A stretch of 64,000 nt of DNA from Thermoplasmatales archaeon SW_10_69_26 (GTDB lineage: Archaea; Thermoplasmatota; SW-10-69-26). A program made the position numbers and the translations under genes. The notes under the pieces were generated by a model, which was given only the letters and a program-made list of their open reading frames with translations, did no database searches and had not been told where the DNA came from. Positions 1-9,661 of this stretch are shown here, one piece after another. The DNA lies in assembly GCA_003009755.1 (NCBI GenBank), contig PXUB01000032.1:1-64000 (forward strand). The letters run 5' to 3'. Position 1 is the stretch's first letter; each line of letters starts with the position of its first letter.

Positions 1-52
1 CGTCCGGGCGATCTCAGGTGCGTCCGAACCCGGCGGGTTCGGACAGCATCCG

Positions 53-159
53 TCGAAAACCCACAGGGGGTTTCCTTCCTCGGGCTCCGCGACCTTGCCA
101 CGCTCATTCGCACGGGCTTGGCGCCCGTACTCTCGGAAGACCGTGGCCGGTCTCCCGAG
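53..159. repeat. Dispersed hairpin-rich repeat family A, copy 1
   Basis: Near-identical to the reverse complement of 46375-46480 (shared gctcattcgcacgggcttg...cgcccgtactctcggaagaccgtggccggtctcccgag); three stem-loops. Confidence 0.85.
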
Positions 160-193
160 GGCGCGAGAGCTTAAGCAAAACAAGACCGGCAGT

Positions 194-808
194 CTAGGGC
201 TCCCACCGCAACCGCACACCGCAGTGGTGCGAGGCCGGATCCACGACGTAGTTCGGCACCAGGTCCGCCGGCTCGAGCCCGACCGCCAGCTGCTTGGTCA
301 ACACCGGGTCGGTGCGCTTGCCGGCGACCACGTCCTCGACGTAGGTCTCCAGCGTGATGCGATCCTGGGTGTGGGCCTCGTCGAAGCCGGGGACGCGGCC
401 GACGATGACCAAAGCCTCCAACCCCAGCTCGCGGACGAGCACCTTGCGCGCCTCGTACAGCAGCCGGCCCAGACCCTTGCCGCGGTGGTCGGGGTGGACC
501 ATGATCTCCAGCCCGTAGAGGACATCGCCCTCGGGGTCGTGGTTGGGCAACGTGGACCCGCCGGTCGCCTCCATCCAGGTGTGGTCGGCCATCGCCGCCT
601 GCTCGGTGACGCGCATCGTCGTCGACGAGCCGACGAGGTCGCCGTCGAGCCGGACGAGGGTCTGGCCGTCGGGGAACCGATCGAGGTGGGCGTGCACGTG
701 GTGGGCCCGCCAGGCCGTCATCGAGGCGTCGGCGAACACCGTCTCGCTGAGCGCCACGATGCCCTCCACGTCCTCGCGGGCGGCGGTCCCAGCCCGCAGG
801 TGGACCAT
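194..808 (-). CDS. GNAT family N-acetyltransferase
   Basis: Acetyl-CoA motif A VHPDHRGKGLGRLL; DPVL..QL..G segment as in YkwB-like GNATs; acidic composition. Confidence 0.85.
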   Translation of the reverse strand: MVHLRAGTAAREDVEGIVALSETVFADASMTAWRAHHVHAHLDRFPDGQTLVRLDGDLVGSSTTMRVTEQAAMADHTWMEATGGSTLPNHDPEGDVLYGLEIMVHPDHRGKGLGRLLYEARKVLVRELGLEALVIVGRVPGFDEAHTQDRITLETYVEDVVAGKRTDPVLTKQLAVGLEPADLVPNYVVDPASHHCGVRLRWEP

Positions 809-934
809 CCTGGCAACCCATCACCGTCCGCGCGGGAAAGCCTTCCCCTCGGCGGCCAGCCCCCGCACGCCGTCCTCGATGCTTCGAAGGACGCACCACA
901 AGCGTTAACAGCGCGCGAGTGCCGAAGGGGGACC

Positions 935-1906
935 GTGCCGCGTCGGGCCTACACCATCTTGGCCGTCGTCGTCCTCCTCACGGCGGGCTGTTTGGGAGCC
1001 GGTCCCGACCCCGTCTCCGAGAACGCCGACGACAGCGAGGAGGCTCCCGAGGGGGACGGCTCGTCGGATCGAGGCTCCTCGGACGAGGGATCCTCCGACG
1101 ATCGCTCCAGCGAGGAGGACGCCAGCGACGACAACGAGACCTCGGCCGGCAGCGACGACAGCTCCTCGGGGGAGACCCGCAGCTGGCCCGATCCCGACGA
1201 GGCCTCGATCCGGCCCGGTGTGCAGGTGACCGGCACCGGCCAGTGCACGTCCAACTTCCTCTACCGCACGCCGGACAACGCGACGCTGATGCTCGGCGTG
1301 GCGGCTCACTGCGTCGCCGATGCTCCCCAGCTCGGATCCAACGGTTGCAGCGACCAGGTCGACCCCCTCGAGCCGGGCGCCCAGGTCGACATCGAGGGTG
1401 CCAGCCAACCGGGGGTCCTCGTGTACTCCTCCTGGTTCGCGATGCAGGCCGCCAACGTCACGGACACCACGATCTGCAACGAGAACGACTTCGCCCTCGT
1501 CGCGATCGATCCCGCCGACCGCTCCAAGGTCCACCCCGCCGTCAGGGGGGTCGGCGGACCGACGGGGCTGGCCAGCGACGTCGCGATCGGCGACGAGGTG
1601 CGCTGGTACGGCTCCACCTCGGCGAGCCCACGGACGACGGCCACCAGCCAGCACCGCGGCACGGTCGTCTCCTCCACCAACTGGACCTTCGAGGCCTACA
1701 GCGCCTCGCCCGGCATCCCGGGCGACAGCGGCTCGGGTGTCATGCTCGGCGATGGAGGCGCCGCCGGCGTGCTCGTCACCGTCGAGAGCGTCTACCCGGC
1801 CGCCAACGGGGTCACCAAGCTCCCGCCGGCGCTGGCGTTCGCGGCCGACCACGGGGTCTCCGTCGAGCTCGTCACCTGGGACCAGCTGTCAGGGCCGCTC
1901 GCGTGA
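935..1906 (+). CDS. Secreted lipoprotein, trypsin-like (PA clan) serine protease
   Basis: GTG start at 935, lipobox LLTAGC, Asp/Ser-rich linker, triad motifs AAHC / NDFALV / GDSGS. Confidence 0.85.
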   Translation: MPRRAYTILAVVVLLTAGCLGAGPDPVSENADDSEEAPEGDGSSDRGSSDEGSSDDRSSEEDASDDNETSAGSDDSSSGETRSWPDPDEASIRPGVQVTGTGQCTSNFLYRTPDNATLMLGVAAHCVADAPQLGSNGCSDQVDPLEPGAQVDIEGASQPGVLVYSSWFAMQAANVTDTTICNENDFALVAIDPADRSKVHPAVRGVGGPTGLASDVAIGDEVRWYGSTSASPRTTATSQHRGTVVSSTNWTFEAYSASPGIPGDSGSGVMLGDGGAAGVLVTVESVYPAANGVTKLPPALAFAADHGVSVELVTWDQLSGPLA

Positions 1907-2744
1907 GGGCGCCTTCTCGGCTGCATCCTGTCGCGTCGGGAACCGGGCGATCTCGATCCCACCCGGCCGATCCAGGAAGGCCGCCGCGGCCCCGCTGGCG
2001 AAGGCCAACGCCTCGCCCGCGTCCGACAGCTCGAGCAACCCGTGCACGAGCGCTGCGTCGAAGACGTCGCCGGCACCGGTGGGGTCCTCGACGACGATGG
2101 GCGTGGGCCGTGCCCGGTGCTCGGTGCCGTCCCGGGCGAGCGCGCCCTCCGAGCCCATCGTGACGACCGCCATCGCCGAGCACCGCGAGCGCAGCGCCCG
2201 CGCAGCCTCTCGCGGCTCGTCCGTGCCCAGCCAGGCCGACAGCTCGTCGATCGAGCCACGGATCACGTCCACGGCCGGCAGGCCCTGGCTCGGCTCGCCG
2301 TTGGCCACCTCCCGCCAGCCCCACATGTCCCGCGATCCCAGGCTACGCACGAAGCCCTGCACGTCCAGCAGCGTCAACGCCTCGTCCGGCAGCGGCAGAT
2401 CGGCTGGGATCTCACCCAACACCGGTCCCAGCAGGATGCCCTCGTAGCCGTCGAGCACGTCGGTGCCGTCGAGGGCTCGGGAGGGGCCGGGCCGGGCGTG
2501 CTGGGTCCGCTCGAGCCCGTCGTAGGTGTTCTTGAACTTCGTCGGGCGCAGCGCCAGGCGCACGTCCGCCATCGGCAGGCCGGCCCGCCGCATCGTGAGG
2601 TAGGCCGTCAGCGGGGCGTAGCCGATCGGATGGACCTAGCGCCAGCGAGGCGTACAACAGCGTGCCACCGGGACGGCGCTCGGCGAGCAACCCGGTCTCG
2701 TTGACGTCCTTGGTGGCGTTCCCGACGACGCAGACCCGAGCCAC
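1889..2744 (-). pseudogene. PfkB family carbohydrate kinase, frameshifted near 2635
   Basis: N-terminal VVGNATKD...PGGTLLY lies in one frame; the C-terminal DPTGAGDVF PfkB signature lies in another frame that starts after a TAG. Confidence 0.75.
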
Positions 2745-2789
2745 GGGCTCCTAGCGAGGCGGCCCGGGTTCAATGCGTCGATGGGCACC

Positions 2790-3218
2790 CTAGGCGCCGA
2801 AGTCGATCGTGATCGCGTTCTGGGCGTCCACGACGCCGGCCTCGCAGTGGAACCACAGGCCCGTCCCCTCCTTGACGGGGTGGTCCTCGGCCAGCGGTTG
2901 CTCGCCGCCGGGCGTGGGCGCGATGTCGGCGTAGGCCGTGCAGCCCTCGGCGGCGTCGATCCCCGTCACGATGCCGCTGTCGGCGAGGCTCGACGTCGCC
3001 TGGCAGCCGCCCAGCGCCGCCCGCTCGGGCAGCGGGACCAGCGACTGCGTCGTGTCGAGACCGATGTTCGGCGCCGGGGCAGGCGTCTGGCCGGCGCCGA
3101 CGGCGACCGTGCATCGGTAGGTGTCCTCGCCGACCTTCCCGATCTCGGCGTCGGCGGGGACGACGATCGTGAGCAGGCTCAACGCGACAAGGATCCTAGC
3201 TACTCGCATCGTGGTCAC
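2790..3218 (-). CDS. Secreted hypothetical protein (4 Cys)
   Basis: Signal peptide, acidic; overlaps the upstream gene. Confidence 0.7.
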   Translation of the reverse strand: MTTMRVARILVALSLLTIVVPADAEIGKVGEDTYRCTVAVGAGQTPAPAPNIGLDTTQSLVPLPERAALGGCQATSSLADSGIVTGIDAAEGCTAYADIAPTPGGEQPLAEDHPVKEGTGLWFHCEAGVVDAQNAITIDFGA

Positions 3219-4299
3219 CTCGATCCAACAGCGGGGGATCCGGGAGGTCGGCGCCGCCCACGTAGGGGTGGTGCTCGCCGGGGTCGGCGTAGGCGTAGTC
3301 GGCCACGACCGGCGTCGAGGAGCCGTAGGCGTCGACCATGCGCTCGACGCCGAACGTGTACGTGCCCGGGTCGGTCCCGCCGAAGACGTGGTGGTCGCCG
3401 GCGCCGGAGCTCGCGGGTCCCTGCCACGTCATCTGGGCCATCCGGCAGTCCGCCGGGAGCCTGGCCCCGCACACGCCACGGGCGGTGTCGGTGCTGGCGC
3501 AGGTCCCGACGCAGGCCGTCTTGAACTCGGCCAGGCCCGCGACGCCGTACAGTCGATCCTCGACCGCCGTCTCGAGCTCGGCGCCGTGCATCGCCTTCGC
3601 CCCGGCGAACACCTCGTCGTCGCCCACCTGCGTGCTCGGCTGGTGTTGCACGTTGGCGTGCCCGTCGCCGAAGTCCTCGCTGCCGACGGCCAGCGGCGTG
3701 CCAACCCGCAAGCCGACGTCGGTCACGTTCTCGTCGGCGATGACCTGCAGGCGGGTCTCGTCGACTCCGCCCATCCAGAGGCCGTGGTGGTCGACGCCGG
3801 CCTCGGTCCGTTCCGGCAGCTCCAAACGGCTGGCGCAGGCCAGCGGGCAGGCCCGCTCGTCCCCGTCCTCGCTGGGCAAAACGGCCGACAGCGCCTGTCC
3901 GTCGTCGGGCACCGTGTAGGTAGGGGTCGGCATCGATTCGCCGGCCACGACGGTGCGTTGGCGGTCCTGCGAGTCGAAGGTGGCGATGGCGAAGAGGCCA
4001 TCGTAGCTGCGCTGCTCGTCGAAGGCGACGAACCCCATCGAGATCACGGTCCCGTCGCGGGGCCCGTCGCCGACGAGGTCGATCCGGTACAGGGCCGGCC
4101 CGGAGAGCTCGACGGTCAAGCTCACAGTCGTGCCGCCTTCGACGGTCTCGTCGACGACGACGGGCAGATCCGATCCGGGCCCGTCGAGGACGCTGGCGCC
4201 GGCGGTGGCCGCCGAGCCGACCAGCGCGACGACCGTCGCGAGCGCGATCGCTCGCCTGTAGCCGGCGCGGGGCTCGGGCGGTTTGCTGGAGCCTCCCAT
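3196..4299 (-). CDS. Secreted hypothetical protein
   Basis: Signal peptide RRAIALATVVALVGSAATA, acidic, paired Cys residues. Confidence 0.7.
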   Translation of the reverse strand: MGGSSKPPEPRAGYRRAIALATVVALVGSAATAGASVLDGPGSDLPVVVDETVEGGTTVSLTVELSGPALYRIDLVGDGPRDGTVISMGFVAFDEQRSYDGLFAIATFDSQDRQRTVVAGESMPTPTYTVPDDGQALSAVLPSEDGDERACPLACASRLELPERTEAGVDHHGLWMGGVDETRLQVIADENVTDVGLRVGTPLAVGSEDFGDGHANVQHQPSTQVGDDEVFAGAKAMHGAELETAVEDRLYGVAGLAEFKTACVGTCASTDTARGVCGARLPADCRMAQMTWQGPASSGAGDHHVFGGTDPGTYTFGVERMVDAYGSSTPVVADYAYADPGEHHPYVGGADLPDPPLLDRGDHDASS

Positions 4300-4380
4300 G
4301 GTCTCCCGTCGCGGGCCACCCCATCACCGGCTGATGAACCTAGCCTTTCCGTTCCCGGCAGGCGAACGGCGAGGCCGCGC

Positions 4381-5628
4381 TCAGGCCTGGTCGAGGGCGT
4401 CCAGGATGCGCTTGTAGGTGCGCTGGATCGTCTCGTCCTCGGGGGCCGTGTTCAGCAGCACGCAGGCGCTGGTCTCGACCTCGCGCCGGAAGAACTCGGC
4501 CTGGGCCTCGTGGTCGGGCTTGAGCAGGTAGGGGTTGTACCAGGGTTCCTGGTCGTAGGTGCCCCAGTCCTCCTCGGGTCCGGCGCCGGGCCGGATCTGG
4601 TAGCGGCCCTCGCGCAGCACGTCGACGGCCTCGTCGGGGTCCAGCCAGACCTCGGCCGGGGCTTCCTCGTCCCGGCGGAGGAGCACGATCAGGTTCAGCG
4701 AGGCCTGGTCGGCGACCTTGTCGGGGCCCAGCATCGCCTCGCGGGGCAGCAGGCCGCGCGAGTTGCCGAACCCCCACAGGCAGAAGTCCTCGCCGTGGTC
4801 CTCGATCTGGCAGGCCTCGCCGTCCTCGTGCCGGCAGTTCCCGGGGTCGGTGCGCACGTTCTCGAGCTTGTGGTTCTCGAAGATCGGGCGCAGCCACTCC
4901 TCCTCCTCGGCGTTCTCCGTGCGGACGTAGAGGCTCTTCTCCGGCTGCGTGACGGTCAGCGGTGCCTGGCTGGAGCCATCCTCGGGGTGCTGGATGTACA
5001 GCCAGTCGTCGCCGACGATGCGGCCTTCGGGGTGCTGGAACAGCTTGTTGACCTGGGTCGTCTTGCCGGTGCCGGTCGGGGCCACGAGCACGATGCCTTT
5101 GCCGTTCACCTCGGCGCAGGCGCCGTGGATGCTGTGCGTGTTGAAGTCGCGTTCGAGGACCTGGGCCGCGATGCCCAGCGCCCACGATTTGCACTGGCCG
5201 TAGTACTCGGTGTTGACGAAGACGGCGGTCTGGCGCTCGGGACAGTAGTAAGCGTGCGGGTCGGCGAGGCCATCGCCTTGCCCAGAGGACGTGCTGAGCA
5301 CGTCCGAATCGCTGCCCTCGATCCCGTTCACGCTGTAGAGGAACCCGTGGGGCAGCACGGATCCGTCGTTGGGGCCGGGCCACCAGTTCTCCTGCCAGAA
5401 CTCCATCTGGTGGGCGCTGTTCGTCACCAGGCGGACGAGGACGCCGTTGATGTTCGCGTCCCAGCTCCGCCGCGTCTGCGGGTCGAGATGCGGCTCGACC
5501 TCGGCCAGGAGCTCGTCGAGCTCCTCGGGGGACAGGTCACGCGTCGCCTCGACGCGACCCGTCTGCTCGGTGTCGTAATTGTTCAGCTCTTGTTCGTCGC
5601 TGTCGGGGGGGACGAGCGTTGACGCCAG
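4381..5628 (-). CDS. HPr kinase/PEP carboxykinase-like P-loop protein
   Basis: SIHGAC...LVAPTGTGKTT Walker A and VGDDW motif; start uncertain (CTG at 5628 after GGAGG). Confidence 0.75.
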   Translation of the reverse strand: MASTLVPPDSDEQELNNYDTEQTGRVEATRDLSPEELDELLAEVEPHLDPQTRRSWDANINGVLVRLVTNSAHQMEFWQENWWPGPNDGSVLPHGFLYSVNGIEGSDSDVLSTSSGQGDGLADPHAYYCPERQTAVFVNTEYYGQCKSWALGIAAQVLERDFNTHSIHGACAEVNGKGIVLVAPTGTGKTTQVNKLFQHPEGRIVGDDWLYIQHPEDGSSQAPLTVTQPEKSLYVRTENAEEEEWLRPIFENHKLENVRTDPGNCRHEDGEACQIEDHGEDFCLWGFGNSRGLLPREAMLGPDKVADQASLNLIVLLRRDEEAPAEVWLDPDEAVDVLREGRYQIRPGAGPEEDWGTYDQEPWYNPYLLKPDHEAQAEFFRREVETSACVLLNTAPEDETIQRTYKRILDALDQA

Positions 5629-5696
5629 GGGGAACGCCTCCGTGACAGGGAGCCACAGACGTCGATATAGCCTTTGGCCCGGAGATGCCGAGGCGA

Positions 5697-7160
5697 TCAG
5701 CGGAAGTCGACGGTCTCGGTCTCGTACCAGTTGGCGTACAAGCGAGCCAGCACGGACACCCCCTCTCCGATGTCCACCTGCAGCCGCCAGTCGCCGGGCG
5801 AGGCCTCGACGTTGCTCGAGAGGCTCAGCCGCTGATCCTGGAACTGCGAGGCGTTGTGCTCCAGCACGACGGTCCCGTTGGCGTCCGTCAAGGTCAGGCG
5901 GAACTCGGGATCGACGTCGGGCTCGTGCACCGCGAAGGACCGGGGCGCGATCTGCACCGTGCGGGCCTGTTCGGGCACGTCGAACGTCCGATCGATCTCG
6001 GCGGGGCCGCTCAAGAACGATCCGCCGCGGGCCGGGATCTGGTCGACCTGGACCCGGCGGGGGATCTCCATCTCGCCGTGGTAGGCCTCCCCCCAATCCT
6101 CGAGCGTGAAGTTCAGGGTCGGATCCTCCTCGCTGGCCGGGGTGATCCGCCAGGATACGAGGTGCTCGGCCCGAGGCGAGTACTCCCACGTCGCGAAGGG
6201 TTCGTCTCGACCGCTCAGGTAGGCCTCGACCGCGAACGTCGTCGTCACGGACCCGTCCGGCAACGGCGCGCGCAGCGAGAGGTGGCTGAGGGCCTGGTAC
6301 TCGTCCCCGCGTTCACCCACCGAGCTCGAGCCGGACCACGTCTTGCCCTCGCCCAGCGGCCACGACCAGAACGAGGAGAGCACGTTGGAGATGTAGCCGC
6401 TTTGCGGGGCGATGTCGCCGTCACGCCAGCCCTGGAAGGGCAGCATCAGGACGCGATCCTCGACGCGGACCGGGCTCAGCTCGCGCTGGGTGTTCGGTTG
6501 CGAGGTGTCGTCCGTGGTGTAGACCACCTTGGAGGAGCCCTGCTCGGAGCGGAAGCTGCCCTCGTATGTCCACCAATCGCCCTTCGTCCACGACGGCGGC
6601 TGGTTCCAGCCCTCGTGGAGGCGAGCATCGACCAGCTCCCACGTCTCGGCGGCTCCGTCCGGCGGATCGATCTCGGCGTAGGTGAGCAGCGCCGGGGATC
6701 CCGCGGACAAGCCGAACACGGCCAGCTGCTCGCCGTCCTGTGTGCGAGCGACGCCTTCCAGCTCCCGGTCGGCGTCGAGGGGCCCCTCGTGGGGGGTCTG
6801 GCTCCAGGTCACGGTGACGTCGGCGCCCGCGATGCGGGCCTCGTGCTCGTCGCCATCCTCGATCGGGAACGGGAACGCGTTCGAGAAGCCCTCGGCGCGG
6901 GGTTGGTGCTCCTCGTCGAACTGCGTCAAGGGGCTGGTGAGGTTCGGCCGGGAGAGGTTCCACGCCAGCAGATCCGTACCCTTGGGGGTGTGGTTGTAGA
7001 CGAGGAACGTCTCCCGGGCCGTCTCGCCCTCCTGGGTGAGCTCGTAGGTGAGCAGCTGGCCGGTGGGCCAGTCGGGGTCCTCGACGGTGGCCCGATCCGG
7101 GCTCGTGCAGCCCGCCAGCGGACCTGTCAAGAGGAGGATCGCGAGAAGGACCCGACGCAT
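5697..7160 (-). CDS. Secreted lipoprotein of unknown function with an internal duplication
   Basis: Lipobox PLAGC; two related segments WPTGQLLTYE...FPFPIEDG and WTKGDWWTYE...WSWPLGEG. Confidence 0.75.
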   Translation of the reverse strand: MRRVLLAILLLTGPLAGCTSPDRATVEDPDWPTGQLLTYELTQEGETARETFLVYNHTPKGTDLLAWNLSRPNLTSPLTQFDEEHQPRAEGFSNAFPFPIEDGDEHEARIAGADVTVTWSQTPHEGPLDADRELEGVARTQDGEQLAVFGLSAGSPALLTYAEIDPPDGAAETWELVDARLHEGWNQPPSWTKGDWWTYEGSFRSEQGSSKVVYTTDDTSQPNTQRELSPVRVEDRVLMLPFQGWRDGDIAPQSGYISNVLSSFWSWPLGEGKTWSGSSSVGERGDEYQALSHLSLRAPLPDGSVTTTFAVEAYLSGRDEPFATWEYSPRAEHLVSWRITPASEEDPTLNFTLEDWGEAYHGEMEIPRRVQVDQIPARGGSFLSGPAEIDRTFDVPEQARTVQIAPRSFAVHEPDVDPEFRLTLTDANGTVVLEHNASQFQDQRLSLSSNVEASPGDWRLQVDIGEGVSVLARLYANWYETETVDFR

Positions 7161-7282
7161 CGTTGGCCGCGAGCCCCTGGCCGAGGTTAAAGCTTCCGTG
7201 TCCGGCCCGCGTCCAGGCTCCCGTCCACGGCGCCTCCTGCCCCGGGGGGAAGGTTAAGGGACCCGTCCAGGGTGGTGAACGC

Positions 7283-8125
7283 ATGAAGCTGGGTGTCCAC
7301 GCGTCGATCCGCGGCGGGGTCCAAAGCGCCCCCGAGCGCGCTCGCGACTTCGGGGCCGAGTGCCTGCAGATCTTCACCAAGAACCAGCGCCGCTGGGAGC
7401 CCTCGGGCCCGATCACCGACGAGGAGGCCGAGGCCTTCCGCGAGCAGATCGACGAGCACGGGTACGAGCTCGCCGACACCTTCGCCCACGGGTCCTACCT
7501 GATCAACGTCGCCAGCGACGACGACGAGCAGTTCGACAAGAGCGTGGACGCGCTCGTCACCGAGCTCGAGCGCGCCAGCAAGCTCGACCTGCTCGGCGTG
7601 TGCTTCCACCCCGGCTCGCACAAGGGCGCCGGCGAGGAGTTCGCGCTCGACCGCGTCGTCGACGGCATCGAGGCGGCTCTCGAGCGCAGCCCCGACGACA
7701 CGCTGCTGCTCGTCGAGGGCATGCCCGGCGCCGGGACCCAGGTCGGCGACGACCTCGAGCACCTGGCCCACTGGATGGACGCCTTGCCCGCCGACCGCGT
7801 GGGCCTCACGCTGGACACCTGCCACCTCTTCGTCGCCGGCTACGATCTGCGCCCGGACGCCTACGAGGCGACGATGCAGGATCTGGCGTCCACGATCGAC
7901 CTCGACCGCGTCGAAAGCTGGCATCTCAACGACGCGCGTCACCCCTACGCGTCCGCCAAGGACGGTCACGCCGCGATCGGCGACGGCGAACTCGGCTTGG
8001 CCGCCTTCGAGGCGCTGCTCTCCGACGAGCGCTGGGCCGGCCTGCCGGCGAGCCTGGAGACCTCGCCCGACACGTACGAGACCGACCTCAAGCGGCTGCG
8101 CGACGTGCGCAGCGTCGACGCGTGA
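7283..8125 (+). CDS. nfo: Endonuclease IV
   Basis: LGVHASI, QIFTKNQRRW, HGSYLIN, FHPGS, DTCHLF, HLND and DGH motifs. Confidence 0.93.
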   Translation: MKLGVHASIRGGVQSAPERARDFGAECLQIFTKNQRRWEPSGPITDEEAEAFREQIDEHGYELADTFAHGSYLINVASDDDEQFDKSVDALVTELERASKLDLLGVCFHPGSHKGAGEEFALDRVVDGIEAALERSPDDTLLLVEGMPGAGTQVGDDLEHLAHWMDALPADRVGLTLDTCHLFVAGYDLRPDAYEATMQDLASTIDLDRVESWHLNDARHPYASAKDGHAAIGDGELGLAAFEALLSDERWAGLPASLETSPDTYETDLKRLRDVRSVDA

Positions 8126-8206
8126 ATATACTGCCGGACGTCGTTGGGAGATCCTCTCGTTGCCCTCAGACCGGCGCGAGCGCTTCGGCGAAACCAGTCC
8201 GGCAGT

Positions 8207-8791
8207 CTAGCGTCGACGCAGGTGCTCTCGGTAGGAGCGCCCGAGCTCGGTCAACACCAGCCGACCGTCGTCGGGCTCGATCAGGCCGCGATTTTTGAGC
8301 CCGTTCAGGGCGGCCTTGTCGTGATCGTCGACGGCGTCGAGTTCGATGTCCTCCTCGCTGAAGGCGACGAGCTGGTCGCGTTCGTCCTCGGCCAACAACC
8401 GCTCGAGGGGGGCCTCGCTCAAGATCGGCAAGGGCGTGTGGCCCTCCTCGTAGAGGAAGTGCATCGGGACGCCCTCGTTCATGCAGGCCAGCATGCCGGC
8501 CGCCGACAGCAGGTTGGCGTCGGGGCCGGCGTTGATCTGGGCGAGCACCTCCTCGCCGTCGACGTCCGCGATCGCTTCCTGGATCGTCTCGACGGCACCC
8601 ATGAGGTCGTCGGCCGGGACGCCCGTGACCTCGACGGGGGCGCCCAACCCCTCGGCCAGCTCGCAGACGTGCTGGGCCGCCTCGCCGTCGGGGTCGGTGG
8701 CCAGCACGTGCAAAGCATCGAAGCCGAGGTGCGCGAACGCGGCCCTCGTCCCGCCCTCGCGGGAGCCCTCGAGGGACACGAGCACGCGCAC
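8207..8791 (-). CDS. Divergent CARF-like domain plus compact wHTH protein
   Basis: Rossmann-like layout paralleling the neighbouring gene (AQINAGP...LSAAGMLAC...LPIL); C-terminal LKNRGLIE...LTELG wing. Confidence 0.65.
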   Translation of the reverse strand: MRVLVSLEGSREGGTRAAFAHLGFDALHVLATDPDGEAAQHVCELAEGLGAPVEVTGVPADDLMGAVETIQEAIADVDGEEVLAQINAGPDANLLSAAGMLACMNEGVPMHFLYEEGHTPLPILSEAPLERLLAEDERDQLVAFSEEDIELDAVDDHDKAALNGLKNRGLIEPDDGRLVLTELGRSYREHLRRR

Positions 8792-8809
8792 GGGGCTTCC
8801 CTCGCGATC

Positions 8810-9454
8810 TCACTCGTCGCGGGCTGCCGGTTCGAGCAGGAGATCGGCCGAGGGCGGGACCTCGAGGTACTCCATGCGCGCGTCCTCTGCGCGCTGGCCG
8901 GTCACGAGACCGCGCTCCTTCAGGGATTTGACGTGGTGGCTCACGGTCGCCTTCCGAAGATCCAGGACGTCCGTGAGGTCACGCTGGGAGACCTTGCCGT
9001 TCCGTTCGGCGATGGCGCTGAGGACGTTGCGCTGGGCATCCGTCAACAGCTCCTTGTAGCTCATCGTCATCAACGGAAGGGCCTCCGGCGGTTGGCTCGC
9101 GTCGCGGAGGTCGGTCGTCTCGGCCCGCAAGCCCTCGAGGACGGAGGTCAGCAGCGCCGCGCACGTGAGCACGGCGGTTCCGCCCGTGATGTTGAAGACG
9201 ACGTCGCTAGGGTCGACCTCGGTGACCTCGTCGCGGATCGTCTTCGTCGCCTCGAGCATGTCGAAGGCGTCGACCTCGATCGTCTCGCAGGGCAGTCCGA
9301 TGTTGCTGCAATGCTCGGCGACCTCCTCGGCCGCCTCGTGCGATCGCTCGTCCGCGTCGTGGAAGACGCAGACCCGCTCGATCGGCGCATGGTGGCGTAG
9401 GCTCGGCAGGAACTTCTCGGGCGTGAAGCCTAGTGTTCCGAAGACGGTAACCAC
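8810..9454 (-). CDS. Csa3-like CARF-wHTH transcriptional regulator
   Basis: CARF motifs TLGF and FNITGGT; wHTH SQRDLTDVLDLRKATVSHHVKSLKERGLV. Confidence 0.85.
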   Translation of the reverse strand: MVTVFGTLGFTPEKFLPSLRHHAPIERVCVFHDADERSHEAAEEVAEHCSNIGLPCETIEVDAFDMLEATKTIRDEVTEVDPSDVVFNITGGTAVLTCAALLTSVLEGLRAETTDLRDASQPPEALPLMTMSYKELLTDAQRNVLSAIAERNGKVSQRDLTDVLDLRKATVSHHVKSLKERGLVTGQRAEDARMEYLEVPPSADLLLEPAARDE

Positions 9455-9661
9455 GGTGTTTCCTCGAACCCCTCTCCCCCAGGCCCGCCGCGTGGGTCTG
9501 GGGTAACCACCGATAGCACACTCCCTTGTTTATGCGTTTCCCTCCTGTCCGACGGGTTCCCGGGAGGGGCGGCCGCTGGACCCTAGGATGTTCTATGAAG
9601 GTGCGAACGGTCAGGCGACAGCGGCTTGGTCGTCGAGGTCCTCGGTCCTGTCGTGGATGGG

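Noticed and set aside
1030-1170. Asp/Ser-rich low-complexity repeat
   Set aside because: Ordinary acidic linker of a halophilic lipoprotein
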